From positions 18,833 through 82,832 of the IMG/VR virus record IMGVR_UViG_3300033148_005588: 64,000 nucleotides of DNA; one strand, 5' to 3'. The DNA is from a virus (taxonomy: Duplodnaviria; Caudoviricetes). Positions within the stretch are counted from its first letter, which is position 1. Every line of letters begins with the position of its first letter. Made by a program: the position numbers and the translations under genes. Shown here piece by piece: positions 37,134 through 47,235 of the stretch. The notes beneath the pieces were generated by a model. The model saw nothing but the letters and a program-made list of their open reading frames with translations. It was not told the DNA's origin and made no database searches.

Positions 37134-39581
37134 CTACTGAAGATGGCTAAAGTCTGGCTTGCCATCTGGTGTCCATTTAGGCCTCGGTGGCTCAGGAACA
37201 GTCCCTTCCTCACCGCCCTCAGCCGCAGGCGGAGCACCAGCATTAGCAGAAAAGTCAACCGGCACTTTAGCCAGCTCTGCCAGAGCCTCTAAATCATCTA
37301 TGCTCATTTGCTCTAGCTTCTCTTTAGAAAACTTGTTACGCTTGTTAGTCAAAATAGCCTTAACAAGCTGCTCTCGTTTCTGCCTGTGCATACGCAAACC
37401 GGCAGACAGCACCTCTTGTATCTCAGCAGGCGCATTGGCAATAAACTCATCCGGAGTTTGTGCCTTGGGCTCTGGTCCCTCTTGCTGTTGTTGCTGCTGA
37501 GGCTCTCCGGTGTCTGTCTGCACATTAGCATTAATATCACCACCATCGTCCCCGCTGCCAGGTTCATCACCAGTAGTAGCAGCGGCAGCTTGCTCTGCAG
37601 CGGCTTTTGCCTTCTGAAGAGCAACCAGCTTCTCCAGCTGCTCTTCCTCCAGAGTTTTCAGCCACTCAACGTCAGGCTCGCAAAAAGTACAATCTTCCTC
37701 GTTGGAGACTAGCTCCTTAATGAGTTCTTCTTTTCTGTCCATATTACTGTTTACCTCCTTCTTTGAATTGCTCGTGTTTTGTTTAGCAGCAGCAGTAGCG
37801 CCATCGCCTTCTTCTCTGGCTCCTGCCTCACCACCGACACCATCTTCAGTAGGGACAGCATCACCACCACCACTACCATCATCATCAGCAGACATCTCTT
37901 TATAGGTCACCTGGCGAACAACCTCAACAGGATCACCGGTGAAAGAAATCTCTCCTGTATCCTCGTTTTCAATAGTGTACTTCTGTTTGAAAAGTTTCAC
38001 TTCTCCATTCTCATTCCTTGCCTCATAGACAAAGTAATCCTCAAACACTTCCAAAACCCAAGCATACACTCCTTCATCAGACTTGTCCCCTACTATTTCT
38101 GCGAGGAGCAAGTCTTGGAGCTTCTGGCGCACTTGCTCAAAGCTCATCTCTTCTGCTACCCGCAAGCCAAGGGCACGGCCAAGTTGTTTGACAACATCAA
38201 TTGCCACTTGGCTCGCTTTGCGCTTTTGTGGCTTGAGACTAGCCCCAAACTCCTTATTGAGCAAGGAGCGGGCTTTACTTTGAGCAGACTTGAGCGCAGA
38301 GGCTGGAATCTTTGCTTGAGCCCCTCGGCCACTAATCACCGCACGCAGCGCTCCCTCATTCAGCTTGTCTGTGCTAGGGTTGACCACAGGGAAAAAGATC
38401 AAGTCCCCTATGGTGTCTGCCTTCGGATCCCCAAGCAAGCTCTTAGAAGCAATCCAGCTCTTCATAGCTGCCGGAGCGTCTTGTACCCGCTTGGGTATCT
38501 CATCAGCATCAGAAGGCTTGCCACCTTTGTGCTTGTAGTAACCATCTCGGTAAGCGTCAAAGCTCTTATCCACCTTGGCCCAAGATGTGCTCTCGGTGCC
38601 ACTGTAGCTCGGAGTTCTGGCAGTGCTACGAATGTTTTCTACTACCAGATCACCACTCATCTCTCCCTCCTTTTCTCTTCCAGTTTTATTGGCTCTGAGG
38701 CCACAGCCATCTCCCCAGTTGCAAGCGCCCTCTGCGCCAGGCAACACCGCAAGATGGTCTGGCCTGTAAGCTCTAAGTATAGAGAAATACTCTTCTCCAT
38801 TCCACTCCCCTTGAACAAGCTCTTCCTCCCCCCAAAGTCCCGTACTCACTTCTACTGGCTCTCCGTTGAGCACCATGTTTAGCAGCTCCGGAGCATGCTC
38901 CCTGAGGTGCTCAATATCAAACCACACCTCCCCCTTGAGGCGGGCTGCCTCTTGATCGTACTCCACATTCCACACTCGCCCCAGATATTGCCTCTCGTGT
39001 ACCTGAGGATCATTGCAAGAGATGGGCTCTCCGTGGGGGTCTTTCGGATGATTAAGAGAGACAGGTATACCATTCCATGCCTCCGGAAACGTGGCTAGTT
39101 CCTCGGCAGGATACAGTATTCTGTTATGAACCCCCTCAACAAGCATCACAACAGGGACAGCCAAGTGCGGCCTGTCCATCCATATTTCTTGCCTAGCTTT
39201 GTAAGCTCTGTTAATCAAACTGTACAATTTAAAGGTGGTTTCCATAGCTGTCATGTTCTCCTTTGCCTTACTTGCTGCTTTCTCAAAGCGCCCCTTCAGA
39301 GCGTGCTTCTTTATCCACGCTTTGGCCTTGGCGGGGTCGCGCCCCCAATACTTCACCGGAAACCGCAAAGCTTGCGCCACCGGAGGATCATCTTTGCCAG
39401 CCTTGCCCTTCAGCTTGCCCCAAATGACTGAGACGCTTTTAGGAATCCTGACTCCTTGCACCTTGGCTTTACCGCTGCCCTCTGTGCGGCGGAATGTGCC
39501 AGGAGCAAAGTCCCCTGGGTCTCTCAAACGCAACGAATGTTCATTGGGATAAGGATTGACTATGTAAGCGTTATTTCTCAT
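37134..39581 (-). CDS. Prohead protease (DUF2213-like) fused to scaffold, with extra domains
   Basis: WNGIPVSLNHP, VEVSTG, PDHLAVLP..GAC...DGCG; acidic coiled-coil C-terminus. Confidence 0.8.
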   Translation of the reverse strand: MRNNAYIVNPYPNEHSLRLRDPGDFAPGTFRRTEGSGKAKVQGVRIPKSVSVIWGKLKGKAGKDDPPVAQALRFPVKYWGRDPAKAKAWIKKHALKGRFEKAASKAKENMTAMETTFKLYSLINRAYKARQEIWMDRPHLAVPVVMLVEGVHNRILYPAEELATFPEAWNGIPVSLNHPKDPHGEPISCNDPQVHERQYLGRVWNVEYDQEAARLKGEVWFDIEHLREHAPELLNMVLNGEPVEVSTGLWGEEELVQGEWNGEEYFSILRAYRPDHLAVLPGAEGACNWGDGCGLRANKTGREKEGEMSGDLVVENIRSTARTPSYSGTESTSWAKVDKSFDAYRDGYYKHKGGKPSDADEIPKRVQDAPAAMKSWIASKSLLGDPKADTIGDLIFFPVVNPSTDKLNEGALRAVISGRGAQAKIPASALKSAQSKARSLLNKEFGASLKPQKRKASQVAIDVVKQLGRALGLRVAEEMSFEQVRQKLQDLLLAEIVGDKSDEGVYAWVLEVFEDYFVYEARNENGEVKLFKQKYTIENEDTGEISFTGDPVEVVRQVTYKEMSADDDGSGGGDAVPTEDGVGGEAGAREEGDGATAAAKQNTSNSKKEVNSNMDRKEELIKELVSNEEDCTFCEPDVEWLKTLEEEQLEKLVALQKAKAAAEQAAAATTGDEPGSGDDGGDINANVQTDTGEPQQQQQQEGPEPKAQTPDEFIANAPAEIQEVLSAGLRMHRQKREQLVKAILTNKRNKFSKEKLEQMSIDDLEALAELAKVPVDFSANAGAPPAAEGGEEGTVPEPPRPKWTPDGKPDFSHLQ

Positions 39582-39855
39582 TGTGCACTCCGTCCACGAC
39601 AAACACTGCCAGCTCTGCTTTGCCCTTCAGGGCATCCAGCAGATTGTCTATTGTGGCTTGTACTTCTTTGCTGGCTCCTTTTATATCTTCCAATTCCCTT
39701 ATGAAAATCTCTGTAATAAGAGCAGCCCCCTTCTCCAAGAAGCCCTGAAGATTGTAGAGGTTGTGCCTATCGGCAAACTGGCGCAACTGCCTCAAGCCGC
39801 CCACCGTGGCCAGCGGGGCAACATACCCTCCAACATCATATAAGTCGTAAGCCAT
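39571..39855 (-). CDS. Small protein downstream of MuF, candidate immunity protein
   Basis: Position after the toxin-like MuF; no motif evidence. Confidence 0.5.
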   Translation of the reverse strand: MAYDLYDVGGYVAPLATVGGLRQLRQFADRHNLYNLQGFLEKGAALITEIFIRELEDIKGASKEVQATIDNLLDALKGKAELAVFVVDGVHNEK

Positions 39856-39864
39856 CTCTACTAG

Positions 39865-40068
39865 CTAGTCTTCCTCCTCGTAGACAATGCTGTTCTTTTG
39901 CCCTTCAATAGGTTCCATATGGTCCTCATCTCCATAAGCAATGGCAACAGGTATACCACCAGGAAAGGCTTTGCATACAACCTTCTCCTCTTCCTCAGTC
40001 TCATTCGGTTGATAGATACCTATAAAATGTTTGCATCTCCTAGTAAAACATCTCGGCTCAACTAACAC
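39865..40068 (-). CDS. Small Cys-containing protein (CKAFPGGIP motif) downstream of MuF
   Basis: C..C.H...CKAFP.GIP...DH motif. Confidence 0.6.
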   Translation of the reverse strand: MLVEPRCFTRRCKHFIGIYQPNETEEEEKVVCKAFPGGIPVAIAYGDEDHMEPIEGQKNSIVYEEED

Positions 40069-40086
40069 ACCCTTTCTCCTTTCCTA

Positions 40087-42315
40087 CTACTTCTTCAACG
40101 ACGGCGCAACCTTCGTTTTAAAGAACTCCTCGACTTTCTTTGGAAGCTTCTTTTTCTTGTACAAAGGAGAAGTATAAGCAGCAAAGCACTCCGCAAAAGC
40201 CTCTTTCTCGTTGGCCGCAGCATACTTCGACACCATCCGAGCTATATCATCCTTCTCCTGGCTCCACACTTCAGCCCAGTCTCGGAAGTAAAGGCCTCTG
40301 TGATACACATGATGACCATACTCGTGCCTAAACAAGGTACGCAGATCGGTCCCAACACTCCAGTTCCCTCCACTCATATGAAGAGTTGGTTTAGCTGGCT
40401 GCTTTGTGCCAAGAACAATCATTCTCTCATCAGGATAGTACCCTCCACGACTGTAACCATCTACAGTAAGCCATCTATCTTCATCCTTAAGCTGTAGCTT
40501 AAATAAAGGTCTATCCTTGACCTTGCCTAAGTCAAAGCTCTCTGTTATCCGATCCAGTTCATCAACCAACTCTGCAGAGGCCTTCAAGGTGTTCTCTGTT
40601 GGTGCCAATATAGTGCCTCGCTTTGGATCAATATACTTGCGATCCCGAAACATCTCTGTTGCCTCTTCAATGCTCTTCGGCACGGAAACCTTCGGCGGTT
40701 TCTTCTTAACAGGTGGTAACGGGGCTTTCTTCCTAGGCACTTTCTTAACAACCTTCCCTTTCTCAACAACAGCCTCTGCACCCTCCTCCAATACCTTGCT
40801 AAAGGTTTTCAGTTCTGGCACCTCGACCATGCCTTTCAGCCTAAAGCTGCCCACGCCTTCTCTGTAGTAAATCTTACCCACCCTGTCGTCAAACACCACT
40901 GTGTGCACTTTGGCCTTGGGAAACCTGGCAGCAAACGCTTTCTTGCGCCTCAGAGAGTCTGGATGCATGGTAATCTTATTGTTCTTGCCTCTTACTATGG
41001 TCTTGACTTCTATGAGATGCCTGGGGTTTTTCTCTGTACCCACCACTACGTCAAACGGCTTATTGTCCCCGCTGGTTTTGCCCTTTACCACCTTGGCCAA
41101 GCGAGCCTCATTGGCCTCGGCCTGGCGCTGGATGTCTACTGTGGCTGGCTTGTGGCTGTCTTTTGCTCTTTTTATTCTTTGCCTCTGGGTAGCTGTGAGG
41201 CACTTAGCAGCAGCCAACACTATTACGTTGCTCTTGCTGAGGAGGAACTTTCCCGGGATCACCTCGCCACAATCGGGCAAGTATCCATACGTACCACTAA
41301 TGACCTCTGGTCCCTCTCGTGCCCATTGCTCATATGGGAGTGGAAGGAAACTGCATCTGCAATTTGGGTGCACTGGTATGAGTCCCTCTATCTCGTCAAT
41401 ACTGTATATGCCATTGTTCCGGCTGGCCAAACCCTCACATATAGGACAAACGTCAAACCCCGCAGTCAGCCACTCGGCCACAATGCGCACCCCCAGAACT
41501 CCTGCCGCTCTGGCCTCTGCCACATTGGCAGAGTGGTGGGCTCTGGTGATCTCTGTTCTGGCTAGTGTGCGTGCTCTTGTGCGTCCTATCTTCTTTACTC
41601 TGTCTGTCAGGGAGCGAGCAATCTGTAGCGGCGAGCGCCCCTCAACCAGCCCTTGCGCCAGAGTGCGACTGATCTGCGCATCCATGGCTCTTGTGATTCC
41701 TTGCAAATCCCGGAATGTTCTTGTGTACAAAGCACCCACTCTGTCTGCGTGAAACGGCTGATTGAACGCTATGGCCATGTCCTGCTGAGGATCGGGAGAA
41801 AACTTTGGTATGTCGTAGCCTGCCTTGCGCAACTCTGCTCTGCTCTGTTGAATGCCCTTCTGGTAAGCAGAGCGCACAAACACATCTGACCAAGCCTCCT
41901 CCACACCCCTGATGGCGCCTGGGCGATGGGTCACTTCCAAAACGCTGCGCTGTTCCATTTCCTCCAGCCAATCCATAAACGCATCCACCTTATCAGCAGT
42001 TCTAGGAAAGTCAAACGCCCTCTCTCTCACCACTCTTAGGGCATCTTCCGGAGAGAGGGAAAACTTTGCAGCAGGAAGCTGGAGAGTGGTTATGTTCTCT
42101 GCTCCTCCCCCCAGCAGACCAAACACATCTTTGTCCACTATGGCTCTGTGTATCACGGTGGCGAGCCAATTGAACCGCCGATTCACCTCAGCCAGAAACT
42201 GCCTGCGCAAGCCCATAGTGCGAGTGGGGTCCACCCTGCTCAGCACCGCCAGGCTCACCGCTGCCTCTGGTGGGTAAAAGACCTCTGCTGTGTTTAGGGC
42301 ACTACTACTCTTCAT
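40087..42315 (-). CDS. MuF/SPP1 gp7-like minor head protein with PD-(D/E)xK nuclease-like and HExxH metallopeptidase extensions
   Basis: RARTLARTE...VCPIC...PVHPNCRC (MuF); E...PFD...EVK; HEYGH...EAFAE. Confidence 0.85.
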   Translation of the reverse strand: MKSSSALNTAEVFYPPEAAVSLAVLSRVDPTRTMGLRRQFLAEVNRRFNWLATVIHRAIVDKDVFGLLGGGAENITTLQLPAAKFSLSPEDALRVVRERAFDFPRTADKVDAFMDWLEEMEQRSVLEVTHRPGAIRGVEEAWSDVFVRSAYQKGIQQSRAELRKAGYDIPKFSPDPQQDMAIAFNQPFHADRVGALYTRTFRDLQGITRAMDAQISRTLAQGLVEGRSPLQIARSLTDRVKKIGRTRARTLARTEITRAHHSANVAEARAAGVLGVRIVAEWLTAGFDVCPICEGLASRNNGIYSIDEIEGLIPVHPNCRCSFLPLPYEQWAREGPEVISGTYGYLPDCGEVIPGKFLLSKSNVIVLAAAKCLTATQRQRIKRAKDSHKPATVDIQRQAEANEARLAKVVKGKTSGDNKPFDVVVGTEKNPRHLIEVKTIVRGKNNKITMHPDSLRRKKAFAARFPKAKVHTVVFDDRVGKIYYREGVGSFRLKGMVEVPELKTFSKVLEEGAEAVVEKGKVVKKVPRKKAPLPPVKKKPPKVSVPKSIEEATEMFRDRKYIDPKRGTILAPTENTLKASAELVDELDRITESFDLGKVKDRPLFKLQLKDEDRWLTVDGYSRGGYYPDERMIVLGTKQPAKPTLHMSGGNWSVGTDLRTLFRHEYGHHVYHRGLYFRDWAEVWSQEKDDIARMVSKYAAANEKEAFAECFAAYTSPLYKKKKLPKKVEEFFKTKVAPSLKK

Positions 42316-43747
42316 TGTCCCCCGTCACCTCTTCCATCAAACCTCTGACCATCTCAGCCCTTTGCTCTATCTCTTCCTTGGACCAGTGCAAATACTTCTC
42401 CAAGAACAGCTCCACCGGCATCACCAGCTCTGCCCCTGGGGCAGAGACAAACTTGGCTATTGCCTCGGCAGCCATACGAGCAATCTCCATTTGCTCCTTG
42501 GGAGTGAGCACCAACATACTAGGCCACTCAACAGAATACTCCTCTTCCTCGTCTCCCTTGGGCGGGGGCAGTACGCCCACTTCCACCAGCCTATCAATCA
42601 GCGGCCTCAGCAGCACTGCCTCTGCAAAATTCACACGGCGCTCGTCTATGCGCTCTTGCCATGCCCTCTCGTCCTGGCTACTGGCCAACTCCCCCCTCTC
42701 ACTGCCTAAGAGAATGCGCTTGGGGATACGAGCACCGGCAGCAATCAACGTCACTAGCACATCCACGTGGTCAGCGGGGGAGGCCACTTGCGGTGCCAGC
42801 TCTTGCACATCTATGCCTTGGAGCCGTATGTAGCGACGCAGCTCATGCAAGTAGTCTTGAATCTCATCTTCCAAGTCGTCCAAGTCTTGAGTCTCCATAA
42901 CTGCGTCTGGTTGTGCCTTAAAGGCATACCCAGGAAAACTCCCCCTCCAAAACATCTCTGCGCTGCCTCCGGAGACAAGCTCCAAGTCTTGAAGCCGATT
43001 GAGCACTGGCTCCAGCCGTGGCGTTCCATAAGTGTCGTTATCAACCAGCCCCTCCGCAACATGGATCACTCTGGTGTGGTGTATGCGCAAATCTCTACTA
43101 ACACCACCAGCGCCGCTGGCCACCACTTTGTACACTCTGGGCAAACCATAGCGTTCATTGCCCACGTCGTCTTCCCACTTGTCCACCTCTACAGAGCCCT
43201 GGCTGTAGGGGCGCAAGTAGAGCAGCTCTTTAGCCGACTCTACTGGGTTTTCCAGCTCCCGGAAACTGGACACATCATCAAATCCCAAGAGCAATATGCC
43301 AAACTGGCCTATGCCAGCCACAATGTCCATACGACGCAAATACGCATACACCTTGCGCTTGCGCACTAGCTGCCTCCACGCCTTCTCAAACTCCGTTTCC
43401 TCTTTCTCCCTCTCTACCACAGAGGGCAGCTTGCCCCATGTGGCCAAAGAGGCCGCTTCCACTATGGGCTTGGCTATGTCTTGGCGTTTGTAGCGTGCTG
43501 CGTACGAGCTGTAAGTAGGAGTTTGTTCATACCCAAGAGCCTCATACAAGTTTCGCTTTGCCCCTGTGCCGCTGCTTGACCAGTAGCTCTTGCCCAACTT
43601 GTCGGCCAAAGAGGCCCTTGATGCAATAGTGGATGCTAGGCTGAACAGTGCTCTGTCCAATCCCCTGTGTCCAAAAGAGATTATCCTCTTGTTGTTGCTG
43701 GTATCGGCTTTTTGTTTGCTGCTGGGTATTTTTGTTGTCGTAGCCAC
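42305..43747 (-). CDS. Portal protein (DUF1073/HI1409 family)
   Basis: IHHTRVIH, YGTPRL, IPKRIL.GSERGELASSQDE; follows terminase. Confidence 0.85.
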   Translation of the reverse strand: MATTTKIPSSKQKADTSNNKRIISFGHRGLDRALFSLASTIASRASLADKLGKSYWSSSGTGAKRNLYEALGYEQTPTYSSYAARYKRQDIAKPIVEAASLATWGKLPSVVEREKEETEFEKAWRQLVRKRKVYAYLRRMDIVAGIGQFGILLLGFDDVSSFRELENPVESAKELLYLRPYSQGSVEVDKWEDDVGNERYGLPRVYKVVASGAGGVSRDLRIHHTRVIHVAEGLVDNDTYGTPRLEPVLNRLQDLELVSGGSAEMFWRGSFPGYAFKAQPDAVMETQDLDDLEDEIQDYLHELRRYIRLQGIDVQELAPQVASPADHVDVLVTLIAAGARIPKRILLGSERGELASSQDERAWQERIDERRVNFAEAVLLRPLIDRLVEVGVLPPPKGDEEEEYSVEWPSMLVLTPKEQMEIARMAAEAIAKFVSAPGAELVMPVELFLEKYLHWSKEEIEQRAEMVRGLMEEVTGDNEE

Positions 43748-43767
43748 GCTACCTCTCCTCCCTCTCC

Positions 43768-44040
43768 TTACTCCCTTAGTGTTCTAAAGTGCACCGTGGT
43801 GCCTGGAGTAACCTCTCCCTCAAATGGAGAAGCCCACTCCCTCCTCCTGCGCACCTTGTTGTGCCTGGGTGCCACCGCCACACCGGCAATCTCCCCCCTT
43901 GGGCGCCTGCGCCTTCTGCGCTCTGGAGTAAGACCTTCTTTGTCCCTGCCACAAAGTGGGCAAAGTTCTGAGCCTTCTACTTGCTTGTTGCACCTAACAC
44001 AGAACCACACTGTGTGCTGCTGTGACACTACTTGTACCAC
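43768..44040 (-). CDS. Small Zn-ribbon, Arg-rich protein
   Basis: CVRC...CPLC; poly-Arg. Confidence 0.55.
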   Translation of the reverse strand: MVQVVSQQHTVWFCVRCNKQVEGSELCPLCGRDKEGLTPERRRRRRPRGEIAGVAVAPRHNKVRRRREWASPFEGEVTPGTTVHFRTLRE

Positions 44041-44474
44041 TATCTCTCCTCCTCCTCCTTAAGATAAGAGAGTGTATGACTCAGCGGAAGCAGTCGCGAT
44101 ATTTGGGCTCTCCCTGCCCAGCCACTTACACCCAATATGGTGTAGTTTTGGCTGGTCGCTTTCCCAAGGCAGTGGGCGAGCGATTTGTTCCGCCCAAGGT
44201 CTGCCCCCCTTGAGCTTTTTGTCGCTCCTGTATAGAGGTGTACCTGCTCTTGCTGAGCTCCCTCCAGATTCATCCAGACACACACTACCTCTCTTCTCCC
44301 TGTAGACAGAGGCTCGTATCTCCGGCCAAAATACAAGCCCTCCCACAAAGAGAAAGAGAGAGTTAGCTTCCGGAGTGGTGTGGGTGGGGCTTGCTGGGCG
44401 TACAAGCTCACCGCCAGCACCGTTCCTCCAGAGGGACTTGCCAACCGATGGAAGTTCTGTATCATTTGCCCCAA
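44040..44474 (-). CDS. Hypothetical protein
   Basis: ORF coupled to terL and the next gene. Confidence 0.5.
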   Translation of the reverse strand: MGQMIQNFHRLASPSGGTVLAVSLYAQQAPPTPLRKLTLSFSLWEGLYFGRRYEPLSTGRREVVCVWMNLEGAQQEQVHLYTGATKSSRGADLGRNKSLAHCLGKATSQNYTILGVSGWAGRAQISRLLPLSHTLSYLKEEEER

Positions 44475-45991
44475 ACTCCTGCCTTTTTCACCAGAGCCAA
44501 CTTGTTGAATGCGCCAGCAGCAGCATCCACTTGGTCTTTGAAGCGGCTCATAGGAAAGTCCTCGTGCTCTTGGATAAAGCTAGCATTCCACTCTGCCCTC
44601 AAGAGCTTCACCTGGCCCTGGTTCACTTGTACAGAGTACGGCTCCGCCCTGGTTACCTTGTTCCCAGTGACTCTGTCTGCGTACACCTTGTACCCTGCCA
44701 ACGATCTTATGGTGTTCTCGGCGCTTTCTTTGCCCCCCGAGCCACCCTCTTGCTCTACCCAAATAGTCACATCCGCCCCGTCCAAAGATGCCGTCTGGCG
44801 TATGATAGCCTCCCGCTTGTCCCAAGACCATTGTCCCTTTCTTACATCAAGCACAGCAAACGATCCGTCCACCAGCTTTGCCATCTTGATTCCGGCGCTG
44901 CGTGCGCCTCCGCCCTCTGTGGCTGCCTTGTCCCAGTAGCGCACCACGCGCAACGGAGCACTAGGCGGAGCATCTATAATCTCAAAGCGCTCCACACGGA
45001 ACATGCCCCCACCCCTGGGCTGTGGCCGTTGCTGATGCTGGCTAGCTACAGCATACTCTGTCATCTCGGCCTCTCTGGTGTCCAGCACCTCTTCAGGGAA
45101 TTTCTCTGGCCAAAGGGGTTGCCCCACCTGTGTGCGCCAATCCCTAGGACATAAATGGGGATGGTCTGGTTCATAGCGTGCCGGCAAGCACAAGTGGGTG
45201 TAGCCTGCCTCTGTCTCCAGTATGTGGCCTGTGAGATCATTTTGGTGGGTGCGTTGCATGACTATAACCTTTGCCCCTGTGCGCTCGTCGTCCAAACGGG
45301 TGCTCATACTCTCGTCCCACCACAAGAGCACCGCTTGGCGCTTGGCGTCACTCTCGCCATCTCGGACATTGTGCGGGTCGTCGCACACAATTCTGCTGCC
45401 ACCCTCGCCTGTGCCTAAACCGCCCACACTAGTGGCCACTCTGTATCCGGTCTTATCATTTTCAAAGCGCATTTTTTCATTTTGGTCTGAGACAATCTTG
45501 AACCTGTCGCCCCAAAATGCCTGGTACATGGGGGACTGGATTATGCGCCTGCACTTCAGCGAATCCCTCTTGCTCAGGGCTTCTGCGTAAGAAGCATACA
45601 ACCACCGAGAACCTGGCCGATTACATGGGCCCCATTCCCAGGTGGGCCAAAAAACGCTCACCAACAAGCTTTTCATCATTCGTGGTGGTATGTTTATAAT
45701 AAGGCGAGTTATTTCTCCTCTGGTTACGGCTTCCAGATGCTCACAGATTATGTCTATGTGTCTGCCATCAACAAAAGGAGTGTTTGGTTCTACTACGGGC
45801 CACAATAGACGGGCATAGTGCTTCAGGCTCTTTTCAGCCAGCGCCACAGCAACAGCACTCAAGGAAGGCACCGCCACCCCATCACCAGAAGAGAAGCTCT
45901 CTGCCTCTGCCAACAGGGGTGCTTTACTGTAACTGGCGAGTTGTGGTTGTAGGGAGCGTCGAAATCTTTTGGGCCTGGCGCTGGCTACCAT
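44462..45991 (-). CDS. terL: Terminase large subunit
   Basis: NIPPRMMKS Walker A, IVCDDPH Walker B, VMQRTH, YWDKAA, KDQVDA nuclease motifs. Confidence 0.95.
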   Translation of the reverse strand: MVASARPKRFRRSLQPQLASYSKAPLLAEAESFSSGDGVAVPSLSAVAVALAEKSLKHYARLLWPVVEPNTPFVDGRHIDIICEHLEAVTRGEITRLIINIPPRMMKSLLVSVFWPTWEWGPCNRPGSRWLYASYAEALSKRDSLKCRRIIQSPMYQAFWGDRFKIVSDQNEKMRFENDKTGYRVATSVGGLGTGEGGSRIVCDDPHNVRDGESDAKRQAVLLWWDESMSTRLDDERTGAKVIVMQRTHQNDLTGHILETEAGYTHLCLPARYEPDHPHLCPRDWRTQVGQPLWPEKFPEEVLDTREAEMTEYAVASQHQQRPQPRGGGMFRVERFEIIDAPPSAPLRVVRYWDKAATEGGGARSAGIKMAKLVDGSFAVLDVRKGQWSWDKREAIIRQTASLDGADVTIWVEQEGGSGGKESAENTIRSLAGYKVYADRVTGNKVTRAEPYSVQVNQGQVKLLRAEWNASFIQEHEDFPMSRFKDQVDAAAGAFNKLALVKKAGVWGK

Positions 45992-46538
45992 CGCCACCGT
46001 TTCCTCCTTCCTCCGGCAGCTCAAGCGGTGCTTCTAGCTTTCTCAGTATTCTCTCCAGAACCTCCAACTCGTCCACAGTCAGCTTCTGGAGCAAGAAGTC
46101 CACTTGAACCTTAAGATCAAGGGAAACTTTGCTCGTGCTCTCCACTTGAGCAAATGTGCGCTTGGCAAACCCACGCTCAAAGCCTTTGCGGTGATGGAGC
46201 AGGAACCACTCAGCCACCCTGCGACTGGACTTCAGAGAGGAAAAAACCTTCTCCTGGGCAGTGTCTGCTGCTTTCTCATACACAACATCCATTACTTCAG
46301 AGAACCTCCGCGCAAACCAAGGGTTCTGTCTCACCCACTCATTCACAAGCCCTCGTCCACCACGGATACCCGCAGCACGCAGGGCTTTAGCCACATTTCC
46401 ATACGACTTCTCCAAACACACCAGGAAGCGCAAGTAATCTTCTTTCTCATACTTACGAGCATACAGAGCCACATCAGCATCAAACGCACTACCGTGCCCC
46501 TGTGCTCTGATGGCTCTTTTGACTCTCTTTACACCCAC
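45924..46538 (-). CDS. Terminase small subunit
   Basis: Directly upstream of terL; HTH-like GNVAKALRAAGI...W; helical. Confidence 0.7.
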   Translation of the reverse strand: MGVKRVKRAIRAQGHGSAFDADVALYARKYEKEDYLRFLVCLEKSYGNVAKALRAAGIRGGRGLVNEWVRQNPWFARRFSEVMDVVYEKAADTAQEKVFSSLKSSRRVAEWFLLHHRKGFERGFAKRTFAQVESTSKVSLDLKVQVDFLLQKLTVDELEVLERILRKLEAPLELPEEGGNGGDGSQRQAQKISTLPTTTTRQLQ

Positions 46539-46570
46539 TCAGCAAAGCCTCCCTTCACCTGCTACCCCCT

Positions 46571-46599
46571 ACTATACCCCAAAAGGGGCCGTAAGTAAA
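46571..46599 (-). promoter_or_regulatory. sigma70-like promoter TTTACT-N17-TATAGT for the packaging/structural operon
   Basis: Hexamers with 17-nt spacing in the gap before terS. Confidence 0.6.
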
Positions 46600-46686
46600 G
46601 AAATCACTAAAAAATAGACCACAATCAGGTACGATTTTTAACTTCCCCCGTTACCACCACAACTTACCACCCCACCACCACCATTT

Positions 46687-47235
46687 TCACTCTCCCCCTC
46701 CCATGCCCTTACTCTTTCTTTCCTGGCACAAGACTTCCGGAATCAACTCTGCCTCCCCCTTAGAGAAGCGTCTGCCCACCCGTCCATACCCAAAGTACTC
46801 CCTCCGCTTCAGTACTTCTTTTCTTTTAGCGGGATTTAGCAGTTCACAAGCCTCTTTGGCCACTTGCCAATCGTCCATGCCCAATACCCAAGCAATTCTA
46901 CGGTAACTCATTCTCTTAGTCACTCTCAAGTCATAGAGCATGTCCTCAAATCCCCAGTAGCCACATTTCTTAGCCACCCGTCCATAGAAAGCACGGCTGG
47001 GGGTGCTGCGCACTCTCAAAGGCAACCCCCATTTCTCTACAGACCTTCTCACTACATTCCACCCAACATTCAGCTTCTCCATTATTACCCACACAGAGTC
47101 AAAGTCTCTGCTAATGGCTGTCCACATATCCTTTAAAGTGAATATGTGTTTACACCGAGGGCAATAAAGCTTGTGTGCTGCGTGAGCAGGCCTCAAGCAC
47201 TCTCTGTTTTCTTCTGCGCGGTGGCGGCGGGCCAT
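46687..47235 (-). CDS. Putative DNA-binding regulator (Zn ribbon plus HTH-like segments)
   Basis: CPRC; MSYRRIAWVLG HTH-like segment; precedes the late promoter. Confidence 0.5.
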   Translation of the reverse strand: MARRHRAEENRECLRPAHAAHKLYCPRCKHIFTLKDMWTAISRDFDSVWVIMEKLNVGWNVVRRSVEKWGLPLRVRSTPSRAFYGRVAKKCGYWGFEDMLYDLRVTKRMSYRRIAWVLGMDDWQVAKEACELLNPAKRKEVLKRREYFGYGRVGRRFSKGEAELIPEVLCQERKSKGMGGGE

